DNA of 64,000 bases, taken from assembly GCA_964016885.1 (NCBI GenBank), contig OZ024744.1:129084001-129148000 (forward strand). Direction: 5' to 3'. A program made the translations under genes and the position numbers. The notes below the pieces were generated by a model. The model was not told where the DNA came from. It saw only the letters and a program-made list of their open reading frames with translations, and searched no databases. Positions 37,201 to 49,084 of the stretch are shown here, in pieces (the stretch's first letter is position 1; every line of letters begins with the position of its first letter). The stretch is from Eledone cirrhosa (Eukaryota).

Positions 37201-40200
37201 GGTTAAGTTAAGTTGGGGTTAAGTTAAGTTGGGGTTAAGTTAAGTTGGGGGTAAGTTACGTTAGGGCTAAGTTACGTTGGGGTTAACTTAACCCCAACTT
37301 AACTTAACCCCAACTTAACTTAGACCCAACTTAACTGAGCCCCAACTTAACTTAACCCCAACGTAACTTAGCCCTAACGTAACTTACCCCCAACTTAACT
37401 TAACACCAACTTAAATTAACCCCAACTTAACTTACCCCCAACTTAACTTACCCCCAACTTAACTTAACCCCAACTTAACTTAACTTAACCCCAACTTAAG
37501 TTAAGTTTGGGTTAAGGTTGGGGTTAAATTAAGTTGGGGTTAAGTTAAGTTGGGGTTAAGTTAAGTTGGGGTTAAGTTAAGTTGGGGTTAAGTTAAGTTG
37601 GGGTTAATTTAAGTTGGGGTTAAGTTAAGTTGGTGTTAAGTTAAGTTGGGGCTGAGTTAAGTTGGGGCTAAGTTAAGTTGGGTCTAAGTTAAGTTGGGGT
37701 TAAGTTAAGTTGGGGTTAAGTTAAGTTGGTGTTAAATTAAGTTGGGGTTAAATTAAGTTGGTGTTAAGTTAAGTCGGGGTTAAGTTAAGTTGGGGTTAAT
37801 TAAGTTGGGGTTAAGTTAAGTTGGGGTTAAGTTAATTGGTGTTAAATTAAGTTAGGGTTGAGTTAAGTTGGGGTTAAGTTAAGTTGGGGTTATATTAAGT
37901 TGGGGTTAAGTTAAGTTGGGGTTAAGTAAAGTTGGGGTTCAGTTAAGTTGCGGTTAAGTTAAGTTGGGGTTAAGTTAAGTTAGGCTTAACTTAAGTTGGG
38001 GTTAAGTTAAGTTGTGGGTGAGTTAAGTTGGGGGTAAGTTAAGTTGGGGTTAAGTTAAGTTGGGGTTAAGTTGGGGTTAAGTTAATTTAGGGTTAAGTTA
38101 AGTTGGGGTTGAGTTAAGTTGGGGTTAAGTTAAGTGGTGGTTATGTTAAGTTGGGGTTAAGTTAAGTTGGGGTTAATTTAAATTGGGGTTAATTTAACTT
38201 TGTGGTTAAGTTAATTTGGGGTTAATTTAAGTTGGGGTTAAGTTAAGTTGGGGTTAATTTAATTTGTGGTTAAGTTAAGTTGGGGTTAAGTTAAGTTGGG
38301 GTTGAGTGAAGCTGGGGTTAAGTTAAGTTGGGGTTAAAATAAGTTGGGGTTAAGTTAAGTTGGGGTTGAGTTAAGTTGGGGTTGAGTTAATTTGGGGTTA
38401 AGTTAAGTTGGGGTTAACTTAAGTTGGGTTTAATTTAAGTTGGGGTTAAGTTAAGTTGGGGTTATAATTAAGTTGGGGTTAAGTTAAGTTGGGGGTAAGA
38501 TAAGTTGGGGTTAGTTAAGTTGCGGTTAAGTTAAGTTGGGGTTAAGTTAAGTTGGGGTTAAGTTAAGTTGGGGTTAATTTAAGTTGGGGTAAAGTTAAGT
38601 TGGGGGTAAGTTAAGTTGGGGTTAAGTTAAGTTGGGGTTAAGTTAAGTTAGGGTTAACTTAAGTTGGGGTTGTGTTAAGTGGTGCTTATGTTAAGTGGTG
38701 GTTATGTTAAGTTGGGGTTAAGTTAAGTTGGGGTTAAGTTAAATTGGGGTTAAGTTAAGTTGCGGTTAAGTTAAGTTGGGGTTAAGTTAAGTTGGGGTTA
38801 AGTTAATTAGGGTTAAGTTAAGTTGGGGTTAAGTTAAGTTGGGGTTAAGTTAAGTTGGGGTTAAGTTAATTTGTGGTTAAGTTAAGTTGGGGTTAAGTTA
38901 AGTTGGGGTTAAGTTAAGTTGGGGATAAGTTAAGTTGAGGATAAGTTAAGTTGGGGTTAATTAAGTTGGGTTTAAGTTAAGTTGGGGTTAAGTTAAGTTG
39001 GGGTTAAGTTAAGTTGGGGTTAAGTTAAGTTGGTTAGTTAAGTTGAGTTTAAGTTAAGTTGGGGTTAATTTAAGTTGGGGTTAAGTTAAGTTGGGGTTAA
39101 GTTAATTTGGGGTTAAGTTAAGTTGGGGTTCAGTTAAGTTGGGGTTAAGTTAAGTTGGGGTTAAGTTGGGGTAAAATTAAGTTGGGGTTAAGTTAAGTTG
39201 CGGTTAAGTTAAAATGAGGTTAAGTTAAGTTGGGGTTAAGTTAAGTTGGGGTTAAGTTAAGTTGGGGCTAAGTTAAGTTGGGGCTAAGTTAAGTTGGGGC
39301 TAAGTTAAGTTGGGATTAAGTTAACTTTGGGTTAAGTTAAGTTGGGTTTGAGTTAAGTTGGGGTTAATTAAGTTGGGGTTAAGTTAAGTTGGGGTTAAGT
39401 TAAGTTGGGGTTAAGTTAAGTTGGCGTTAAGTTAAGTTGAGGTTAATTTAAGTTGGGGTTAAGTTAAGTTGGGGCTAAGTTAAGTTGGGGTTAAGTTAAT
39501 TAGGGTTAAGTTAAGTTGGGGTTAAGTTAAGTTGGGGTTAAGTTAAGTTGGGGTTAAGTTAATTTGTGGTTAAGTTAAGTTGGGGTTAAGTTAAGTTGGG
39601 GTTAAGTTAAGTTGGGGATAAGTTAAGTTGAGGATAAGTTAAGTTGGGGTTAATTAAGTTGGGTTTAAGTTAAGTTGGGGTTAAGTTAAGTTGGGGTTAA
39701 GTTAAGTTGGGGTTAAGTTAAGTTGGTTAGTTAAGTTGAGTTTAAGTTAAGTTGGGGTTAATTTAAGTTGGGGTTAAGTTAAGTTGGGGTTAAGTTAATT
39801 TGGGGTTAAGTTAAGTTGGGGTTCAGTTAAGTTGGGGTTAAGTTAAGTTGGGGTTAAGTTGGGGTAAAATTAAGTTGGGGTTAAGTTAAGTTGCGGTTAA
39901 GTTAAAATGAGGTTAAGTTAAGTTGGGGTTAAGTTAAGTTGGGGTTAAGTTAAGTTGGGGCTAAGTTAAGTTGGGGCTAAGTTAAGTTGGGGCTAAGTTA
40001 AGTTGGGGCTAAGTTAAGTTGGGGTTAAGTTAACTTTGGGTTAAGTTAAGTTGGGTTTGAGTTAAGTTGGGGTTAATTAAGTTGGGGTTAAGTTAAGTTG
40101 GGGTTAAGTTAAGTTGGGGTTAAGTTAAGTTGGGGTTAAGTTAAGTTGATGTTAAGTTAAGTTGGGGTTAATTTAAGTTGGGGTTAAGTTAAGTTGGGGC

Positions 40201-43200
40201 TAAGTTAAGTTGGAGCTAAGTTAAGTTGGGGCTAAGTTAAGTTGGGGTTAAGTTAAGTTGGGGTTAAGTTAAGGTGGGGTTAAGTTAAGTTGGGGTCAAC
40301 TTAAGTTGGGCTTAAGTTAAGTTGGGGTTAACTTAAGTTGGGGTTAAGTTAAGTTGGGGTTAAGTTAAGTTGGGGTTAAGTTAAGTTGGGGTTACGTTAA
40401 GTTGGGGGTAAGTTAAGTTGGTGGTAAGTTAAGTTGGGGGTAAGTTAAGATGGGGTTAAGTTAGGGTTAAGTTAAGTTAGGGTTAAGTTAATTTGGGGTT
40501 GAGTTAAGTTGGGGTTAAGTTAAGTGGTGGTTATGTTAAGTTGGGGTTAAGTTAAGTTGGGGTTAATTTAAATTGGGGTTAATTTAAATTTGTTGTTAAG
40601 TTAAGTTGGGGTTAATTTAAGTTGGGGTTAAGTTAAGTTGGGGTTGAGTTAAGTTGGGGTTGAGTGAAGTTGGGGTTAAGTTAAGTTTGGGTTGAGTTAA
40701 GTTGGGGTTAATTTAAGTTGGGGCTAAGTTCATTTGGGGTTCAGTTAAGTTGGGGTTAAATTAAGTTGGGGTTAAGTTAAGTTGGGGTTAAATTAAGTTG
40801 GGGTTAAGTTAAGTTGGGGTTAAGTTAAGTTGGGGTTAAGTTAATTTGGGGTTAAGTGAAGTTAGAGTTAAGTTAAGTTGGGGTTGAGTTAAGTTGGGGG
40901 TAAGTTAAGTTGGGGTTATGTTAAGTTGGGGTTACGTTAAGTTGGGTTTAAGTTAAGTTGGGGTTAAGTTAAGTTGGGGTTAAGTTAAGTTGGGGTTAAT
41001 TTAAGTTGGGGTTAAGTTAAGTTGGGATTAATTTAAGTTGGGGTTAAGTTAAGTTGGGGTTAAGTTAAGTTGGGGTTAAATTAAGTTGGGGTTAAGTTAA
41101 GTTGGGGTTAAGTTAAGTTGGGGTTAAGTTAATTTGGGGTTAAGTTAAGTTAGGGTAAAGTTAAGTTGGGGTTGAGTTAAGTTGGGGTAAGTTAAGTTGG
41201 GGTTAAGTTAAGTTGGGGTTAAGTTAAGTTGGGGTTAAGTTAAGTTAGGCTTAACTTAAGTTGGGGTTAAGTTAAGTTGGGGGTGAGTTAAGTTGAGGGT
41301 AAGTTAAGTTGGGGTTAAGTTAAGTTGGGGTTAAGTTGGGGTTAAGTTAAGTTAGGGTTAAGTTAATTTGGGGTTGAGTTAAGTTGGGGTTAAGTTAAGT
41401 GGTGGTTATGTTAAGTTGGGGTTAAGTTAAGTTGGGGTTAATTTAAATTGGGGTTAATTTAAATTTGTTGTTAAGTTAAGTTGGGGTTAATTTAAGTTGG
41501 GGTTAAGTTAAGTTGGGGTTGAGTTAAGCTGTGGTTGAGTGAAGTTGGGGTTAAGTTAAGTTAGGGTTAAGTTAAGTTGGGGTTGAGTTAAGTTGGGGTT
41601 AATTTAAGTTGGGGCTAAGTTAATTTGGGGTTAAGTTAAGTTGGGGTTAAATTAAGTTGGGGTTAAGTTAAGTTGGGGTTAAGTTAAGTTGGGGTTAAGT
41701 TAATTTGGGGTTAAGTGAAGTTAGGGTTAAGTGAAGTTGGGGCTGAGTTAAGTTGGGGGTAAGTTAAGTTGGGGTTATGTTAAGTTGGGGTTAAGTTAAG
41801 TTGGGGTTAAGTTAAGTTGGGGTTCAGTTAAGTTGCGGTTAAGTTAAGTTGGGGTTAAGTTAAGTTGGGGTTAAGTTAAGTTGGGGTTAATTTAAGTTGG
41901 GGTTAAGTTAAGTTGGGGTTAAGTTAAGTTGGGGTTAAATTCAGTCGGGGTTAAGTTAAGTCGGGGTTAAGTTACGTTGGGGTTAAGTTAAGTTGCGGTT
42001 AAGTTAAGTTGGGGTTGAGTTAAGTTGGGGTTAAGTTAAGTTGGGGTTAAGTTAAGTTGGGGTTAATTTAAGTTGGGGTTAAGTTAAGTTGGGGTTAATT
42101 TAAGTTGGGGTTAATTTAAGTTGGGGTTAAGTTAAGTTGGGGTTAAGTTAAGTTGGGGTAACGTTAAGTTGGGGGTAAGTTAAATTGGGGTTAAGTTAAG
42201 TTGGGGTTAAGTTGGGGTTAAGTTAAGTTAGGGTTAACTTAAGTTGGGGTTGTGTTAAGTGGTGGTTATGTTAAGTGGTGGTTATGTTAAGTTGGGGTTA
42301 AGTTAAGTTGGGGTTAAGTTAAGTTGGGGTTAAGTTAAGTTGGGGTTAAGTTAATTAGGGTTAAGTTAAGTTGGGTTTAAGTTAAGTTGGGGTTAAGTTA
42401 ATTTGTGGTTAAGTTAAGTTGGGGTTAAGTTAAGTTGGGGTTAAGTTAAGTTGGGGATAAGTTAAGTTGGGGATAAGTTAAGTTGGGGTTAATTAAGTTG
42501 GGTTTAAGTTAAGTTGGGGTTAAGTTAAGTCGGGGTTAAGTTAAGTTGGGGTTAAGTTAAGTTGGTTAGTTAAGTTGAGTTTAAGTTAAGTTGGGGTTAA
42601 TTTAAGTTGGGGTTAAGTTAAGTTGGGGTTAAGTTAAGTTGGGGTTAAGTTAAGTTGGGGTTCAGTTAAGTTGGGGTTAAGTTAAGTTGGGGTTAAGTTG
42701 GGGTAAAATTAAGTTGGGGTTAAGTTAAGTTGGGGTTAAGTTAAGTTGCGGTTAAGTTAAGTTGCCGTTAAGTTAAGTTGAGGTTAAGTTAAGTTGGGGT
42801 TAAGTTAAGTTGGGGTTAAGTTAAGTTGGGGCTAAGTTAAGTTGGGGCTAAGTTAAGTTGGGGTTAAGTTAACTTTGGGTTAAGTTAAGTTGGGTTTGAG
42901 TTAAGTTGGGGTTAATTAAGTTGGGGTTAAGTTAAGTTGGGGTTAAGTTGGGGTTAAGTTAAGTTGCGGTTAAGTTAAGTTGATGTTAAGTTAAGTTGGG
43001 GTTAAGTTAAGTTGGGGTTAAGTTAAGTTGGGGCTAAGTTAAGTTGGAGCTGAGTTAAGTTGGGGCTAAGTTAAGTTGGGGTTAAGTTAAGTTGGGGTTA
43101 AGTTAAGGTGGGGTTAAGTTAAGTTGGGGTCAACTTAAGTTGGGGTTAAGTTAAGTTGGGGTTAACTTAAGTTGGGGTTAAGTTAAGTTGGGGTTAAGTT

Positions 43201-44493
43201 AAGTTGGGGTTAAGTTAAGTTGGGGTTACGTTAAGTTGGGGGTAAGTCAAGTTGGTGTTAAGTTAAGTTGGCGGTAAGTTAAGATGGGGTTAAGTTAAGT
43301 TGGGGTTAATTTAATTTGGGGTTAAGTTAAGTTAGGGTTAAGTTAAGTTGGGGTTGAGTTAAGTTGGGGTTAAGTTAAGTTGGGGTTATGTTAAGTTGGG
43401 GTTAAGTTAAGTTGGGGTTAAGTTAAGTTGGGGTTCAATTAAGTTGCGGATAATTTAAGTTGGGGTTAAGTTAAGTTGGGGTTAAGTTAAGTTGGGGTTA
43501 AGTTAAGTTGGGGTTAAATTAAGTTGGGGTTAAATTAAGTTGGGGTTAAGTTAAGTTGGGGTTATGTTAAGTTGGTGTTAAGTTAAGTTGGGGTTAAGTT
43601 AAGTTGGGGTTAAGTTAGGTTGGTGTTAATTTAAGTTGGGGGTAAGTTAAGTTGGGGTAAGTTAAGTTGGTGTTAAGTTAAGTTGGGGTTAAGTTAAGTT
43701 GGGGTTAAGTTAAGTTGGGTTTAAGTTAAGTTGGGGCTAAGTTAAGTTAGGGCTAAGTTAAGTTGGGGTTAAGTAAAGTTAGGGCTAAGTTAAGTTGGGT
43801 TAAGTTAAGTTGGGGTTAATTTAAGTTGGGGTTACATTAAGTTGATGTTAAGTTAAGTTGGGGTTAAGTTAAGTTGGGGTTAAGTTAAGTTGGGGTTAAA
43901 TTAAGTTGGGGTTAAGTTAAGTTGGGGTTAAGTTAGGTTGGTGTTAAGTTAAGTTGGGGTTAAGTTAATTTGTGGTTAAGTTAAGTTGGGGTTAAGTTAA
44001 GTTGGGGTTAAGTTCAGTCGGGGTTAAGTTAAGTCGGGGTTAAGTTAAGTTGGGGTTAAGTTAAGTTGCGGTTAAGTTAAGTTGGGGTTAAGTTAATTTG
44101 GGGTTAAGTTAATTAGGGTTAAGTTAAGTTGGGGTTAAGTTAAGTTGGGGTTAAGTTAAGTTGGGGTTAAGTTAAGTTGGGTTTAAGTTAAGTTGGGGCT
44201 AAGTTAAGTTAGGGCTAAGTTAAGTTGGGGTTAAGTTAAGTTGGGGTTAATTTAAGTTGGGGTTACATTAAGTTGAGGTTAAGTTAAGTTGTGGTTATGT
44301 TAAGTTAGGGTTAATTTAAGTTAGGGTTATGTTAAGTTGGGGTTAAGTTAAGTTGGGGTTAAGTTAGGTTGGTGTTAAGTTAAGTTGGGGTTAAGTTAAG
44401 TTGGGGTTATGTTAAGTTGGGGTTAAGTTAAGTTGGGGTTAAGTTAAGTTGGGGGTAAGTTAAGTTGGGTTTGAGTTAAGTTGGGGTTAAGTT
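31299..44493 (+). repeat. 16-bp satellite block 4 (contains an island-less junction and one inverted patch)
   Basis: Same monomer throughout. Confidence 0.98.
37285..37497 (-). repeat. 213-bp inverted satellite patch, copy 2
   Basis: Same breakpoints as copy 1, with one private variant (ttaaattaac near 37414). Confidence 0.97.
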
Positions 44494-46751
44494 AGGTTTT
44501 TCGAAAACCTTATATAATCATTTTTTTTTAGGTTTTTCGAAACACCTTATATAATCAATTTTTTTATGTTTTTCGAAAAACCTTATATAATCATTTTTTT
44601 ATACTTTTAGAAATATTTATATCTGATTTCAAATATTTATTTTTCTAGGTTTTTCAAAAAACCTTATATAATCAATTTTTTTTAGGTTTTTCGAAAAATG
44701 TTATATAATCAATTTTTTTTAGGTTTTTCGAAAAACCTTATATAATCAATTTTTTTTTAGGTTTTTCGAAACACCTTATATAATCAATTTTTTTTAGGTT
44801 TTTCGAAAAACCTTATATAATCAATTTTTTTTAGGTTTTTCGAAAAACCTTATATAATCAATTTTTTTAGGTTTTTCGTAAAACCTTATATAATCAATTT
44901 TTTTAGGTTTTTCGAAAAACCTTATATAATCAATTTTTTTTAGGTTTTTCGAAGTACCTTATATAATTAATTTTTTTTAGGTTTTTCGAAAAATCTTATA
45001 TAATTAATTTATATCTGATTTCAAATATTGATTTTTTTAGGTTTTTCGAAAACCTTATATAATCAATTTTTTTTAGGTTTTTCGAAAAAGAATGAATTCA
45101 TATTCGAAATATATACTTCTGCATTAATCTTTTTACGTTTTTCTGATTTTTTGCATGTTTTGAAATTTAAAAAAAAAGTAAAAAATTAATGCTTTTACAA
45201 ATATTTTGAAATATTTACTTTCTGGTTTCGAATTTTGCAAATTAAATTTTTTTCGAAAAACCTAAAAAAATCAGTTTTCGAAATCAGAAGTTAATATTTC
45301 GAAAAACGCAATTTGAAAAACTCATATTAATTTTTTTTCGAATGAATTCTTTCATACTTTTAGAAATATTTATATCTGATTTCAAATATTGATTTTTTTT
45401 AGGTTTTTCGAAAAAGAATGAATTTGAGTTCATAGTCGAAATATATATTTCTGCATTGATCTTTGATCTTTTGTATGTTTTGAAATTTAAAAAAAACGTA
45501 AAAAATTAATGCTTTTACAAATATTTTGAAATATTTACTTTCTGGTTTCAAAGTTTGCAAATTAAATTTTTTTCGAAAAACCTAAAAAAATCAGTTTTCG
45601 AAATCAGAAGTTAATATTTCGAAAAACGCAATTTGAAAAACTCATATTAATTTTTTTTCGAATGAATTCTTTCATACTTTTAGAAATATTTATATCTGAT
45701 TTCAAATATTGATTTTTTTAGGTTTTTCGAAAAATCTTATATAATCAATTTTTTTTAGGTTTTTCGAAAAAGAATGAATTTGAGTTCATAGTCGAAATAT
45801 ATACTTCTGCATTAATCTTTGATTTTTTGCATGTTTTGAAATTTAAAAAAAACGTAAAAAATTAATATTTCGAAAAACGCAATTTGAAAAACTCATATTA
45901 ATTTTTTTTCGAATGAATTCTTTTATACTTTTAGAAATATTTATATCTGATTTTAAATATTGATTTTTTTAGGTTTACCTTATATAATCAAATTTTTTTA
46001 GGTTGTTCGAAAAATCTTATATAATCAAATTTTTTTAGGTTTTTCGAAAAAGAATTTGAGTTCATAGTCGAAATATATACTTCTGCATTAATCTTTTTAC
46101 GTTTTTCTGATTTTTTGCATGTTTTGAAATTTAAAAAAAACGTAAAAAATTAATGCTTTTACAAATATTTTGAAATATTTACTTTCTGGTTTCAAATTTT
46201 GCAAATTAAATTTTTTTCGAAGAACCTAAAAAAATCAGTTTTCGAAATCAGAAGTTAATATTTCGAAAAACGCAATTTAAAAAACTCATATTAATTTTTT
46301 TTCGAATGAATTCTTTTAGAAATATTTATATCTGATTTCAAATATTGATTTTTTTAGGTTTACCTTATATAATCAAATTTTTTTAGGTTTTTCAAAAACC
46401 TTATATAATCAATTTTTTTTAGGTTTTTCTAAAAACCTTACATAATCAATTTTTTTTAGGTTTTTTCGAAAAACCTTATATAATCAATTTTTTACGTTTT
46501 TAGAAAAACCTTATATAATCAATTTTTTTTATACTTTTAGAAATATTTATATCTTATTTCAAATATTGATTTTTTTTAGATTTTTCGAAATACCTTATAT
46601 AATCAATTTTTCTAGGTGTTTCGAAAAACCTTATATAATCAATTTTTTTTAGGTTTTTCGAAAGACCTTATATAATCAATTTTTTTTAGGTTTTTCGAAA
46701 AACCTTATATAATCAATTTTTTTAGGTTTTTCGACAACCTTATATAATCAA
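44494..46751. repeat. AT-rich composite island, copy 4 (~2.26 kb)
   Basis: Same junctions. Four long units (about 45090, 45416, 45772, 46052). Confidence 0.96.
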
Positions 46752-47576
46752 GTTGAGTTTAAGTTAAGTTGGGATTAAGTTAAGTTGGGGTTAAGTTAAG
46801 ATGGGGTTAAGTTATGTTGAGGTTAAGTTAAGTTGGGGTTAAATTAAGTTGGGGTTAAGTTAAGTTGGGGTTAAGTTAAGTTGGGGTTAGGTTAAGTTGG
46901 GTTTAAGTTAAGTTGGGGATAAGTTAAGTTGGGGTTAAGTTAAGTTGGGTTTAAGTTAAGTTGGGGTTAAGTTAAGTTGGGGTTAAGTTAAGTTGGGGTT
47001 AAATTAAGTTGGGGTTAAGTTAAGTTGGGGTTGAGTGAAGTTGGGGTTAAGTTAAGTTGGGGTTAAATTAAGTTGGGGTTAAGTTAAGTTGGGGTTGAGT
47101 GAAGTTGGGGTTAAGTTAAGTTGCGGTTAAATTAAGTTGGGGTTAAGTTTAGTTGGGGTTGAGTTAAGTTGGGGTTAATTTAAGTTGGGGCTAAGTTAAT
47201 TTGTGGTTAAGTTAAGTTGGGGTTAAGTTAAGTTGGGGTTAAGTTAAGTTGGGGTTGAGTTAAGTTGGGGTTAAGTTAAGTTGGGTTTAAGTTAAGTTGG
47301 GGTTAAATTAAGTTGGGGTTAAATTAAGTTGGGGTTAAGTTAAGTTGGGGGTAAGTTAAGTTGGGGGCAAGTTAAGTTGGGGTTAAGTTAAGTTGGGGTT
47401 AAGTTAAGTTGGGGTTAATTTAAGTTGGGGTTATGTTAAGTTGGGGTTAAGTTAAGTTGGGGTTAAGTTAAGTTGGGGGTAAGTTACGTTAGGGCTAAGT
47501 TAAGTTGGGGTTAAGTTAAGTTGGTGTTAAGTTAAGTTGGGGGTAAGTTACGTTAGGGCTAAGTTACGTTGGGGTT

Positions 47577-47789
47577 AACTTAACCCCAACTTAACTTAAC
47601 CCCAACTTAACTTAGACCCAACTTAACTGAGCCCCAACTTAACTTAACCCCAACGTAACTTAGCCCTAACGTAACTTACCCCCAACTTAACTTAACACCA
47701 ACTTAACTTAACCCCAACTTAACTTACCCCCAACTTAACTTACCCCCAACTTAACTTAACCCCAACTTAACTTAACTTAACCCCAACTT
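47577..47789 (-). repeat. 213-bp inverted satellite patch, copy 3
   Basis: Same sequence and breakpoints as the other patches. Confidence 0.97.
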
Positions 47790-48871
47790 AAGTTAAGTTT
47801 GGGTTAAGGTTGGGGTTAAATTAAGTTGGGGTTAAGTTAAGTTGGGGTTAAGTTAAGTTGGGGTTAAGTTAAGTTGGGGGTAAGTTAAGTTGGGGTTAAG
47901 TTAAGTTCGGGTTAAGTTAAGTTGGTGTTAAGTTAAGTTGGGGCTGAGTTAAGTTGGGGCTAAGTTAAGTTGGGTCTAAGTTAAGTTGGGGTTAAGTTAA
48001 GTTGGGGTTAAGTTAAGTTGGTGTTAAATTAAGTTGGGGTTAAATTAAGTTGGTGTTAAGTTAAGTTGGGGTTAAGTTAAGTTGGGGTTAATTAAGTTGG
48101 GGTTAAGTTAAGTTGGGGTTAAGTTAATTGGGGTTAAATTAAGTTAGGGTTGAGTTAAGTTGGGGTTAAGTTAAGTTGGGGTTATATTAAGTTGGGGTTA
48201 AGTTAAGTTGGGGTTAAGTTAAGTTAGGGTTAATTTAAGTTAGGGTTATGTTAAGTTGGGGTTAAGTTAAGTTGGGGTTAAGTTAGGTTGGTGTTAAGTT
48301 AAGTTGGGGTTAAGTTAAGTTGGGGTTATGTTAAGTTGGGGTTAAGTTAAGTTGGGGTTAAGTTAAGTTGGGGTTGAGTTAAGTTGGGGTTGAGTTAAGT
48401 TGGGGTTGAGTGAAGTTGGGGTTAAGTTAAGTTGGGGTTAAATTAAGTTGGGGTTAAGTTAAGTTGGGGTTGAGTTAAGTTGGGGTTAATTTAAGTTGGG
48501 GCTAAGTTAATTTGTGGTTAAGTTAAGTTGGGGTTAAGTTAAGTTGGGGTTAAGTTAAGTTGGGGTTGAGTTAAGTAGGGGTTGAGTTAATTTGGGGTTA
48601 AGTTAAGTTGGGGTTAAGTTAAGTTGGGTTTAAGTTAAGTTGGGGTTAAATTAAGTTGGGGTTAAATTAAGTTGGGGTTAAGTTAAGTTGGGGGTAAGTT
48701 AAGTTGGGGGCAAGTTAAGTTGGGGTTAAGTTAAGTTGGGGTTAAGTTAAGTTGGGGTTAATTTAAGTTGGGGTTATGTTAAGTTGGGGTTAAGTTAAGT
48801 TGGGGTTAAGTTAAGTTGGGGTTAAGTTAAGTTGGGGGTAAGTTACGTTAGGGCTAAGTTACGTTGGGGTT

Positions 48872-49084
48872 AACTTAACCCCAACTTAACTTAACCCCAA
48901 CTTAACTTAGACCCAACTTAACTGAGCCCCAACTTAACTTAACCCCAACGTAACTTAGCCCTAACGTAACTTACCCCCAACTTAACTTAACACCAACTTA
49001 ACTTAACCCCAACTTAACTTACCCCCAACTTAACTTACCCCCAACTTAACTTAACCCCAACTTAACTTAACTTAACCCCAACTT
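48872..49084 (-). repeat. 213-bp inverted satellite patch, copy 4
   Basis: Same sequence; 1295 bp after copy 3. Confidence 0.97.
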
